Source: Alphaproteobacteria bacterium (GTDB taxonomy: Bacteria > Pseudomonadota > Alphaproteobacteria > Rickettsiales > UBA998). Taken from it: a DNA stretch of 64,000 nt. The translations under genes and the position numbers were made by a program. This document shows positions 22,321-30,383 of the stretch, in pieces; position 1 is the first letter of the stretch, and each line of letters opens with the position of its first letter. A model generated the notes under the pieces. The model was given only the letters and a program-made list of their open reading frames with translations. It did not search any database and was not told the DNA's origin. Where the stretch lies: contig RDZH01000011.1 in assembly GCA_004293935.1 (NCBI GenBank), positions 13,831 to 77,830 of the forward strand, read 5' to 3'.

Positions 22321-22386
22321 CATATACCCATTCCATTTCAAGGAGTTGAGTCCTTGAAATGGAATTAAGGGTATATCTTATTAAAC
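22321..22386. repeat. Hairpin repeat element (family 2)
   Basis: ATACCC-ATTCCATTTCAAGGA-gttgag-TCCTTGAAATGGAAT-TAA-GGGTAT-ATCTTATTAAAC. Perfect 15-bp stem plus an outer 6-bp stem. Homologous flanks to the element at 33381-33440. Confidence 0.8.
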
Positions 22387-22412
22387 ATACGCATCGTTTC
22401 CACATGTTGATA

Positions 22413-23489
22413 CTACGCATCTTCATGTGCGATGAGTATAGCTGCCGCCTTGCACGGACATTCGCTCCAATGCTCGGCACAATAACGTTTTTTGAGTACA
22501 TTATTCAGCTCATCGCCTGATTGCACATCCAAACATAATTCGGCTAATCCTTCGATGAAATAGGGGTGAACGCCAAGTGCGGGGATGCGATGATATTCAC
22601 TCACCCCCTTTTCTTCAGCAAGTTCACGATATTCAATATCCAATTCCACAAGCGTTTCGGAATGTTCAGATACAAACGCAATCGGCACTAAAATGATCGC
22701 CACACCATCAGCACCCGCACGAGCAATTTCATCTTCTGTTGACGGACCAATCCATTGCAAAGGACCAACACGGCTTTGATAGCATACGACATAATCCAAC
22801 TGATCAAACATCAGCAATTTAACAATACGCTCCGCCGTTTGTTCCACCTGCCATTGATAGGGATCGCCCTGCTTGATGATTTTTTCAGGCAAGCCATGCG
22901 CAGAAAATAAAATACGCGGACGTTTTTTTGATGCCACGCGAAAATACACATCACGAATCAACGCACCATGCGCATTGATGAAGGATTGCTGATCGGCATA
23001 GCAGCATATTTTGGTGGTGGGTACATTCAGCCCTGCTTTGCTTGCAGCCAACGTCCAATCATCAAAGGAAGAACGTGTCGTGGTGGTAGAAAATTGCGGA
23101 TAAAGAGGAAGTAGAATAATATGATCAGGGGCATAAGCCTGCACTTCCTGCACCACTTGTTCACTCATTGGATGCCAATAACGCATACAGGTGAATAAGC
23201 GCACATTGCCTTCTTTGCTTAAGTGTTTTTCTAAGGCCGCACGTTGCTTTTCTGTTTGCTCTAAAATGGGCGATTTACCACCAAGTTCTTTATAAATCTC
23301 TTGCGCAATAGGCGCACGCTTACGAGAAATCAGATGGGCTAAGAGGATGCGGATTAATTTTGGTGCTTGAATGATCGCAGGATCATTGAACAAATTATAT
23401 AAAAATGGCTTCACCGCCTGCAAAGAATCTGGCCCACCCAAATTGAACAAAATAATCGCGGTACGCGTTTTCTCTGATATAATACGCAT
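22413..23489 (-). CDS. hemH: Ferrochelatase
   Basis: ILFNLGGPD, LPLYPQFSTTTT, SAHGLP. ATG at 23489 shares one base with the hemE TGA; the track start at 23492 is TTG. Confidence 0.9.
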   Translation of the reverse strand: MRIISEKTRTAIILFNLGGPDSLQAVKPFLYNLFNDPAIIQAPKLIRILLAHLISRKRAPIAQEIYKELGGKSPILEQTEKQRAALEKHLSKEGNVRLFTCMRYWHPMSEQVVQEVQAYAPDHIILLPLYPQFSTTTTRSSFDDWTLAASKAGLNVPTTKICCYADQQSFINAHGALIRDVYFRVASKKRPRILFSAHGLPEKIIKQGDPYQWQVEQTAERIVKLLMFDQLDYVVCYQSRVGPLQWIGPSTEDEIARAGADGVAIILVPIAFVSEHSETLVELDIEYRELAEEKGVSEYHRIPALGVHPYFIEGLAELCLDVQSGDELNNVLKKRYCAEHWSECPCKAAAILIAHEDA

Positions 23490-24520
23490 CAAGCACTCCC
23501 GCTACGAATTGTTTCAATCAAGGCCTGCATATGTTCTGGCGGTGTTTGAGGCAACACACCATGCCCTAAATTCATCACAAAAGGACGACCCTTCATCAAC
23601 TGCACCAAGGCACGCGCTTGCGCACAAATCACCTCTTTCGATGCCATCAATGCCAATGGATCAAGATTGCCTTGCAAGACAACAGATGGGGAAATGCTAC
23701 TATATAATGCCGCCATATCCGTAGTATAATCTACCGATAACCCATCGGGCTGCACATAATTATCAAAATGCTGCACATCATGCGCTCCGATTGCACGCGG
23801 AAAGCAAATCACTGGCACATGCGGATAGCGTGCTTTGAGTGCCTGAACAATCGTGCGCGTTGGTTGATATACCAACATTTCACGATGCGTTGCTGGCACA
23901 TGGGATGCCCAACTATCAAATATCTGCACCGCATCCGCCCCTGCCTCAATCTGCTGACATAAATGCTCAATGATTGCATGGGTCAATAAGGCAATGGTGC
24001 GCTCCACAAGTTTTGGATGCTCATAGATCGCGGTACGGCTACGTACAAAATCTTGCTTGCCGTTACCATCCAGCATATAGCACAGCAATGTCCACGGCGC
24101 GCCCGCAAAACCAATCAGCGCGATATGTGATGCAAGTGCAGCACGTGTTTGACGTATAGCTTGATAAACGGGGTGCAAAAATGCAACCATGCGCTCAACA
24201 TTCAATAAATTCAACTCATCTTCATCGACAAGCGGCTCAAGTTTTGGACCATAGCCTTTGATAAACTCCAAAGGTTGCCCAAGCCCATGCGGCACGACCA
24301 AAATATCCGAAAAGATGATCGCCGCATCCATACCAAAACGACGAATAGGTTGCAAAGTTATTTCGGTTGCGAGATCGGGCGTATAGCACATCACCAAAAA
24401 ATCTCCCGCAGATTCTCGGATTTTGCGATATTCGGGAAGATAGCGTCCCGCTTGTCGCATGAACCAGCACGGTGGATAATCCGCAACAATACCAGAAAAC
24501 GGAGCAAGAAAAGGTTTCAT
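23489..24520 (-). CDS. hemE: Uroporphyrinogen decarboxylase
   Basis: PPCWFMRQAGRYLPEYR, IIFSDILVVP, FDSWA. Confidence 0.92.
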   Translation of the reverse strand: MKPFLAPFSGIVADYPPCWFMRQAGRYLPEYRKIRESAGDFLVMCYTPDLATEITLQPIRRFGMDAAIIFSDILVVPHGLGQPLEFIKGYGPKLEPLVDEDELNLLNVERMVAFLHPVYQAIRQTRAALASHIALIGFAGAPWTLLCYMLDGNGKQDFVRSRTAIYEHPKLVERTIALLTHAIIEHLCQQIEAGADAVQIFDSWASHVPATHREMLVYQPTRTIVQALKARYPHVPVICFPRAIGAHDVQHFDNYVQPDGLSVDYTTDMAALYSSISPSVVLQGNLDPLALMASKEVICAQARALVQLMKGRPFVMNLGHGVLPQTPPEHMQALIETIRSGSA

Positions 24521-24683
24521 AGAGTCTGTACCTAATATTTTTTTGACATAGTTTATTCTCGTGCATCATACGTTTCTTGCAGTAAAATGCAACCATATGT
24601 TGCCTTTGTACCGTATGCTAAGGTTCTTTTTATATAGCGCATTGATGTTTTATATGTACAATACATAAGAAGCACGATAAAAA

Positions 24684-25577
24684 ATGTCTCATTACCAGTC
24701 AAAGTGCTATATGAGTGACAGAATGATCAATGACACTACACCGCAGCCACTCATTATCATTGCAGGAGCAACCGCATCAGGAAAATCTGCTCTCGCTTAT
24801 GCGTTAGCACAGGAACATCACGGAATCATCATCAATGCGGATGCCATGCAACTATACCATGGCGTTGAAATCATTACCGCACAGCCCTCACGCAGCGAGC
24901 AAGAAGAAATCCCGCATAGGCTCTATGGCATCCTCAATCCCGATGATCCCTGCAATGTTGCGCGGTGGCTATCCCTTATCCTCCCCCTATTGCATGAATT
25001 ATGGCAGGAAGGACGGCTACCGATTGTGGTGGGTGGCACGGGCATGTATCTTGATGCGCTGATGCATGGGTTAGCCACCATCCCCGATATTCCCACTGCG
25101 GTGCGCGATGAAGTACGCCACACACCCAGCGATGCCTTATGGGATGCACTCTGCCGCGAAGACCCGATCATGGCTACACGTTTGCGCCCATCAGATCGTC
25201 AACGTTTAGGGCGTGCGCTGGAAGTCATCCGCGCAACAGGGCATTCTTTGAGCTATTGGCACGCGCAACCCACCCATTCCCCCATCCCTGACGCGACTAT
25301 TGATTATCGCATCACCACCCTACCCCGTGCGGAGGTTTATACCCGCATTAATCAACGGGTAGATCAGATGATGATGCAAGGGGCATTGCGTGAGGTGGAA
25401 TCCCTGCACGCCCTCGCCCTTGATCGCGCTCTGCCCGTGATGCGCGCCGTCGGCGTGCGTGAATTATGCGATTATTTCGATGGTTTGCTCCCCTATAACG
25501 ATGCCATTGAGCGGATAAAACGCAACAGTCGTCGCTATGCGAAACGGCAATATACATGGTTGCGTGATCGAATATAG
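24684..25577 (+). CDS. miaA: tRNA dimethylallyltransferase
   Basis: P-loop IIAGATASGKSALA, DAMQLYHGVEIITAQPS, IVVGGTGMYL. Start uncertain (24684, 24711 or 24723). Confidence 0.88.
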   Translation: MSHYQSKCYMSDRMINDTTPQPLIIIAGATASGKSALAYALAQEHHGIIINADAMQLYHGVEIITAQPSRSEQEEIPHRLYGILNPDDPCNVARWLSLILPLLHELWQEGRLPIVVGGTGMYLDALMHGLATIPDIPTAVRDEVRHTPSDALWDALCREDPIMATRLRPSDRQRLGRALEVIRATGHSLSYWHAQPTHSPIPDATIDYRITTLPRAEVYTRINQRVDQMMMQGALREVESLHALALDRALPVMRAVGVRELCDYFDGLLPYNDAIERIKRNSRRYAKRQYTWLRDRI

Positions 25578-25624
25578 TTGCATTCTCACAGAATTATGCG
25601 TATAAACTCGCTCATATGGGATAT

Positions 25625-25699
25625 GCCGTTGTGGCTCAGTGGTAGAGCACGTCATTGGTAATGACGGGGTCGAGAGTTCGATTCTCTTCAGCGGCACCA
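25625..25699 (+). tRNA. tRNA-Thr (anticodon GGU), CCA encoded
   Basis: Manual fold: acceptor GCCGTTG/CAGCGGC, D arm GCTC..GAGC, anticodon stem CGTCA/TGACG with loop TTGGTAA, T arm GAGAG-TTCGATT-CTCTC, then ACCA. Confidence 0.9.
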
Positions 25700-25723
25700 T
25701 ATGTTTATAGATACAGCGATACA

Positions 25724-26395
25724 TTATGATGCTGGGACGTGTATCGTGGCACGATGTTTTACCCAATAAAAGTGATATAAAATGGTTGCTTTCACTGCAC
25801 CACTAACACTCCCCATCAGAATTAATGGCCAGCCATTTTCTATACCGATAACGATGCCAAATAAAATATTCGCAATGTCCTTTAAGCAAAAGAGTAGCGT
25901 CATAGGAAAAGACAGCACGCCAACGCTTGCTTTTTGTCTGATTAATGTGATTTGATGCACACCTCCTTGCAACAACAAACAGGTTAAGCCCACGAGCATT
26001 AGTTGCGTAACCCCCTTCATGACAGGAGCAAAATCCAAGCGATAATAATAGGCTGCACTAGCAACTACAACAGAAAATAACAAACCCAAAATACTATTGT
26101 AGAATGTTTGTTTGCTACGCTCTAATGCAATCATATAAATAATAAATGCTGTTAGTACACATGCACCGAATCGTGTGAAAAACAAAAACAAATCAATCTC
26201 TTCTAATAAAAATGAATAGAGAAAAAACCCATAAAATGAAAAAAAGCTCGATAAAAACTGGTTCAATGATAATGCAACTGTGGCATGTGTGTTTCCAGCC
26301 CGTCTTTCTTTGAAAATACGTTTTATTTGGTCCGTTAATCCTCCCAAACACAACACGAATAATACTGAGCTTAGCAAACCAATAGCTTCATACAT
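25724..26395 (-). CDS. 7-TM membrane protein with two PQ-loop-like repeats (possible exporter)
   Basis: Seven hydrophobic segments. Two internally related segments (LTDQIKRIFKERRAGNTHATVALS; GGVHQITLIRQKASVGVLSFPM) resemble PQ-loop/SWEET-type repeats. ATG at 26395 is preferred over the track start at 26431, which overlaps a putative -10 box. Confidence 0.45.
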   Translation of the reverse strand: MYEAIGLLSSVLFVLCLGGLTDQIKRIFKERRAGNTHATVALSLNQFLSSFFSFYGFFLYSFLLEEIDLFLFFTRFGACVLTAFIIYMIALERSKQTFYNSILGLLFSVVVASAAYYYRLDFAPVMKGVTQLMLVGLTCLLLQGGVHQITLIRQKASVGVLSFPMTLLFCLKDIANILFGIVIGIENGWPLILMGSVSGAVKATILYHFYWVKHRATIHVPAS

Positions 26396-26427
26396 AAAAA
26401 ACTCTCTACACATGTCATGTACGTTAC

Positions 26428-26456
26428 ACATAAACTGACATTATTTGCTCTGTCAA
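26428..26456 (-). promoter_or_regulatory. Putative sigma-70-type promoter for the membrane-protein gene
   Basis: Minus strand TTGACA (26456-26451), 17 nt spacer, TTATGT (26433-26428). Pattern match only. Confidence 0.3.
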
Positions 26457-26560
26457 GGATTAACGTGAACCGCTTGTAGCTTTTTATGCATATCATCGGT
26501 TGGCAAAAAAGACTCATTTTTTATGTCAAGACACGACTATAGGGCGTAGCGATAGTTTCT

Positions 26561-27664
26561 TTAGAACATCACGTCCATTTGCTTGCCTAAGCGTTCCGCA
26601 AAACTTTGTTGCTCGGATGAATACTCAAACAACGTTGGCAACGTTTCTGCATGACCGTGATATTCTGGCGGCATTACCACCAATGCATCTGATCCCCCCT
26701 GCCCTAATCCTGATAATGCCCGTGCCATCATCCCTGCAATATCCGTTCCCGCCATATCGTCAATATGCATAAATCCACCAGAGGGATTGATCTCTAAAAA
26801 CACCAATGTACCATCCTGATCTTCACGAAAATCCAATGCCCCATAGCGCAAACCAAGCGATTGCATGAGGGCGAGAATCTTGCGCTCCATGGATGCATCA
26901 AGAGTACATGCTTCAACTTTCGTGCGCACATCCATACGCACATCAAAAGGATATTCGGAGGTTCGCAAATCATAGCGTGCTGCCTGTATCTGATCATTAA
27001 TCACCGTCACACGATAATCATAATGCCCCGCTAGATAGCGTTGAAAGATGGTGGGACACAAATAGAGCGTATCTAATGCTGATGCCATCTCATCCTTCCA
27101 CAAACGCGTCGGTTGCCAATACATCGTATCCCCCATCCATGTGGTCGCCATTTTGAATATGGTGGCTGGGTCTTCTGAAACAAAAGTACGCGCATCATGC
27201 TCTGTTGAGGTGACGATACCTTCCGTGACGACTAAGCCCACTTCCTTTGCCTTGATTTTTTGAAATGCCCTGCGGCCTGCAGCATGCTGCGGATCGATGG
27301 GGTTATACCACTCAATGGCTTGGTTGCACTCTAATATGGCAAGCACAGACTCCCAAAATTGCGTAGTATCACGATGAATATAGCGGGTAACCGTAATATC
27401 ATTGATGCGTTGAAACGGGAAACTACCCGGCCTGCGCCACCAAATCGTCTGCACCTGATCAAAACAAACCTGTGTGCCGTCAAACATGGTGAGGATGACG
27501 CGTAAATCTTCAGTGATCGTTGCCGTATAATCAATGCCAAAGCGCGTATAATCACACAAAAACGGAATACTTGCTGCTGACATACGTTCCATAATGGGTT
27601 GGACATACACATCTTCCCATGTGGAAAAAATCAAGCATGTGGGGTAAAAAATTCGTGGCATCAT
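26561..27664 (-). CDS. ATP-grasp ligase, MvdC/MvdD (RiPP peptide maturase)-like, paralog 2
   Basis: N-terminal pre-domain PTCLIFST...VQTIWWRRPG. ATP-grasp core IFKMATT..., DYRVTVINDQIQAA, ALDFREDQDGTLVFLEINPSGGF. ATGATG directly follows the TAA of paralog 1, with AGGAG upstream. Confidence 0.6.
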   Translation of the reverse strand: MMPRIFYPTCLIFSTWEDVYVQPIMERMSAASIPFLCDYTRFGIDYTATITEDLRVILTMFDGTQVCFDQVQTIWWRRPGSFPFQRINDITVTRYIHRDTTQFWESVLAILECNQAIEWYNPIDPQHAAGRRAFQKIKAKEVGLVVTEGIVTSTEHDARTFVSEDPATIFKMATTWMGDTMYWQPTRLWKDEMASALDTLYLCPTIFQRYLAGHYDYRVTVINDQIQAARYDLRTSEYPFDVRMDVRTKVEACTLDASMERKILALMQSLGLRYGALDFREDQDGTLVFLEINPSGGFMHIDDMAGTDIAGMMARALSGLGQGGSDALVVMPPEYHGHAETLPTLFEYSSEQQSFAERLGKQMDVMF

Positions 27665-28756
27665 TTATCTCCTAATAACCTCAACATTGCCACCAACAGA
27701 TGCAGCAAAAGGCAGGCAGTTCGGGTCATAATCGAATCTATGCGCGTCATTGCGGATGGATGCATCATAATGCGCCTTGCCCCGATGAGTGGCAGAAAGT
27801 ACATCCGCCATAATCTGGGCTATATCAGAGCCTATATCTTGATCGACATACAGAAAACCACCTGACGGATTCACTTCAAGAAAGATCATCTCCCCATGGC
27901 GATTTTCACGAAAATCAAAGGCGGCATAGCGTAAGTGGGTGGCACGCATAAAAGCCTGTAGGGCGCGAATGGTTGCATCATCAATCGTGCATTGCTCCGC
28001 CTTCATGAAACGATCAATACGCACATCATACGGATAGCGGGATGATCCCGTATGGTACCGTGCAGCAATGACGTGATCATCAATCATCGTAATGCGATAA
28101 TCATAGACTCCATCAATATATTCCTGCACAATAATGGGGGCAACATAGAGCTTAGAAAGCTCATCAAGCATCTCATGCGTGAATTTTTTGGTCGGTTGCC
28201 AAAAAACATCATCACTGGAAAAAGTATGCTGTAGCTTGACGATGGCATCAGGATAATGCGCAATGAATGCTTCAACATCCACCTTTGAGGAGGTGATGAT
28301 CATCGGCACAGTCTTTAATCCAACATCACGGGCAATATGCTGCTGCACATATTTATTATCAATCGATCGTTCGTGATGTATATGATTATACTGGTAAATA
28401 TCGCGTTGATACATCAAGAATTCAAGCGCGTCCACCCAAAAACATACATGCTCCTTATAGACATATTTTGCGATCTCCAAACGAGAGAGCATATGATGAG
28501 GAAAGCCTTGCGGACGACGTATCCATACGGTGCTAAGCCGATCAAGATAGACTTCATCACCATCATAAAGTTGCAAGGTAATTATGCCATCATTTGTTAA
28601 ACTTGCGGTATAATCAACGCCATAGCGCGTATAGTCACAGATAAAGGGCATCGATGAGGACGACATATTTGCCACCACAGGCTCTATATGCCCATCAATT
28701 TTTTCTTCTCCCTTACGAACCGTGGATAAAATCAAGCATGTCGGATGGATTCTCAT
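27665..28756 (-). CDS. ATP-grasp ligase, MvdC/MvdD (RiPP peptide maturase)-like, paralog 1
   Basis: PTCLILST...LSTVWIRRPQG, AIVKLQHT, IVQEYIDGVYDYRITMIDDHVIAA, AFDFRENRHGEMIFLEVNPSGGF. Clearly paralogous to 26561-27664. Confidence 0.6.
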   Translation of the reverse strand: MRIHPTCLILSTVRKGEEKIDGHIEPVVANMSSSSMPFICDYTRYGVDYTASLTNDGIITLQLYDGDEVYLDRLSTVWIRRPQGFPHHMLSRLEIAKYVYKEHVCFWVDALEFLMYQRDIYQYNHIHHERSIDNKYVQQHIARDVGLKTVPMIITSSKVDVEAFIAHYPDAIVKLQHTFSSDDVFWQPTKKFTHEMLDELSKLYVAPIIVQEYIDGVYDYRITMIDDHVIAARYHTGSSRYPYDVRIDRFMKAEQCTIDDATIRALQAFMRATHLRYAAFDFRENRHGEMIFLEVNPSGGFLYVDQDIGSDIAQIMADVLSATHRGKAHYDASIRNDAHRFDYDPNCLPFAASVGGNVEVIRR

Positions 28757-28762
28757 AAGGCT

Positions 28763-28996
28763 CTACTTTTGCTCAGGTGTGATGGTAGTAATATCCGCCG
28801 TGGCGCGCACATAATAGGCGTTATAGGTGCGCCCCTCTCGACGCTTTGGTTCAAGGGGCAGTATGACATGAAGCTCCGTCTTAGGAAAACACAGCAAAGT
28901 TTTATCATATTGTTCCACATGCATGGTATCCGCATGTTCATCATCACAATAGCCGCGCACAACGCGCATATTTTCTTGGGGATGTATTTCAGTCAT
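28763..28996 (-). CDS. 77-aa ORF, candidate RiPP precursor peptide (or small accessory protein)
   Basis: ATGA overlap with the oxygenase stop. GAGGAA lies 9 nt upstream. Ends 6 nt before ATP-grasp 1. C-terminus GRTYNAYYVRATADITTITPEQK is rich in Thr/Asp/Glu/Lys. Confidence 0.5.
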   Translation of the reverse strand: MTEIHPQENMRVVRGYCDDEHADTMHVEQYDKTLLCFPKTELHVILPLEPKRREGRTYNAYYVRATADITTITPEQK

Positions 28997-29817
28997 GTGG
29001 GGCGTTCCTCATTGGTGAATTTTATTAAACAACTAAAGCGTTCCTGCTGTGCTGCATCGGTCACTACGCGATGTATGGGAACATGAATCGGCATCTCATG
29101 AGGCTCAGCCCATTCTCTCAAGGCAGCACCAAAATGTAGGAAAAAGCACTGTTGCGGAAAATGCAGATGGTAATATTCGCCTTGTGCATTCATAAACTGC
29201 AAAGCATTTTTACCAGAAATCACAGGGATCGTTAAGGTAATGCCCCACAAATCAATATGAGGTTTCATACGCATAAAATGGTTCTCTACTGGCTGTGCGC
29301 CTGCAATTTGCGTTCCCTCATGCACAGGATAATAATAATTATATTCCAAAAAATAATGCGATACATCAAAGTTGGATAATAGTCTTTGCGGAGGAAGTTG
29401 ATAGATATTCTCTAACATCGCAACCACGGTGCGCGTGCAATCGGTGAAGATGCGTACTGCCTCTGCTAGTTGCATACATAGAGAGCCTGAATCCTGTTCA
29501 TGCCCCACAATCTTTGTCCCCCCCCCCAAAAACATAAAGCGCAAAATATGGGAATAGGAATTATTATGGACGAATACATACCCCCCCTTATGGAGTGAAA
29601 AATCATCCAGAACATGCTTATGATGATCATAGAGTTCTTTAGGGTTATGACGCACAATAGGCACTGCCATTGACTGCAAAAGGTGCAATGCCCGAGCAAG
29701 AGGCGCGTCATCTGCTTCCACCATGAGCGCGCCATAGGTTTGGGCGTGATGCTTCACGATGGGAAGCATGTCTGCATCATCTGCCGATAAACGAGAATAA
29801 GGTATGATGTGTTCCAT
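28993..29817 (-). CDS. 2-oxoglutarate/Fe(II)-dependent oxygenase
   Basis: Facial triad and co-substrate motifs in the canonical order: KPHIDLWGITLT (HxD), ALQF, FFLHFGAALREW, IHRVV (distal His), ERFSCLIKF (RxS). Confidence 0.7.
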   Translation of the reverse strand: MEHIIPYSRLSADDADMLPIVKHHAQTYGALMVEADDAPLARALHLLQSMAVPIVRHNPKELYDHHKHVLDDFSLHKGGYVFVHNNSYSHILRFMFLGGGTKIVGHEQDSGSLCMQLAEAVRIFTDCTRTVVAMLENIYQLPPQRLLSNFDVSHYFLEYNYYYPVHEGTQIAGAQPVENHFMRMKPHIDLWGITLTIPVISGKNALQFMNAQGEYYHLHFPQQCFFLHFGAALREWAEPHEMPIHVPIHRVVTDAAQQERFSCLIKFTNEERPT

Positions 29818-29892
29818 GATTCTTTATATAAGACAGATTTTAATAATGGGTAAATGGGATATATTGAGACATCTGCATAGGTCTATCTTTTT

Positions 29893-29919
29893 GTCATACC
29901 AGCGAAGGCTGGTATCCAC
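29893..29919. repeat. Short palindromic intergenic repeat (family 1, AT-variant)
   Basis: GTCATACCAGCGAAGGCTGGTATCCAC. Stems ATACCAGC/GCTGGTAT. Lies in the divergent promoter region of the oxygenase operon. Confidence 0.85.
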
Positions 29920-30142
29920 AAACTATCAAAACTTAACATCATGAAATATACAGAGAATGACTCTATACTTAGTATTTACTTAAGTAATTATTATTTTTTT
30001 ATTAGTAAAACGGCAAAATAATGCACTTTTTCCCAAAACTGTAATAAATTAGTCATAATTGTTTGGTATATTTATTTTAACGGGGAAGAAAAAACATCCG
30101 TTTCAAACAACAACAAACAACAACAAATAATGGAGAGTAATT

Positions 30143-30364
30143 ATGGCTGGAAGAACAAGTGATGGACAAGGCGGTCAAACTTGCAAACAAGGTGACAAAA
30201 AATGTTACGATGATTTATTTTCAGAAAAAGATGGAAAAGAAGCACCGGGCGTGGCGTTCGCCGCTGCAGTGCAAGGAGTTGCACCTGTTTCTCCGCATGA
30301 TTCACCGACTGCACCATCTGTTCCAAGTGCGGGCAAAGGCAAGGATCAAGGCATGAGCGTATAA
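30143..30364 (+). CDS. 73-aa small protein (alternative precursor-peptide candidate)
   Basis: GGAGAG lies 7 nt upstream of the ATG and is preceded by (CAAACAACAA)x2. A 17-bp hairpin follows. Sequence is rich in G/K/D/S/T/P/A. No family recognised. Confidence 0.45.
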   Translation: MAGRTSDGQGGQTCKQGDKKCYDDLFSEKDGKEAPGVAFAAAVQGVAPVSPHDSPTAPSVPSAGKGKDQGMSV

Positions 30365-30383
30365 GTTCACGCACTCTAACTAT

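Noticed and set aside
25464-25766. 100-aa minus-strand ORF spanning the end of miaA and tRNA-Thr
   Set aside because: It runs through a clean tRNA gene and the miaA 3' end, so it is spurious.
30104-30130. CAA-rich tandem repeat considered as a CRISPR-like or microsatellite feature
   Set aside because: There are only 2.7 units of 10 nt with no spacers. It is interpreted as part of the 5' leader of the 73-aa gene instead.
30159-30356. Alternative 65-aa frame (MMDKAVKLANKV...) and the 77-aa minus-strand ORF 30141-30374 overlapping the 73-aa gene
   Set aside because: The 30143 frame has the better SD (GGAGAG at 7 nt) and a more protein-like composition. The other two are His/Arg/Lys/Leu-rich with weak or no SD. 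This cannot be settled without comparative or expression data.
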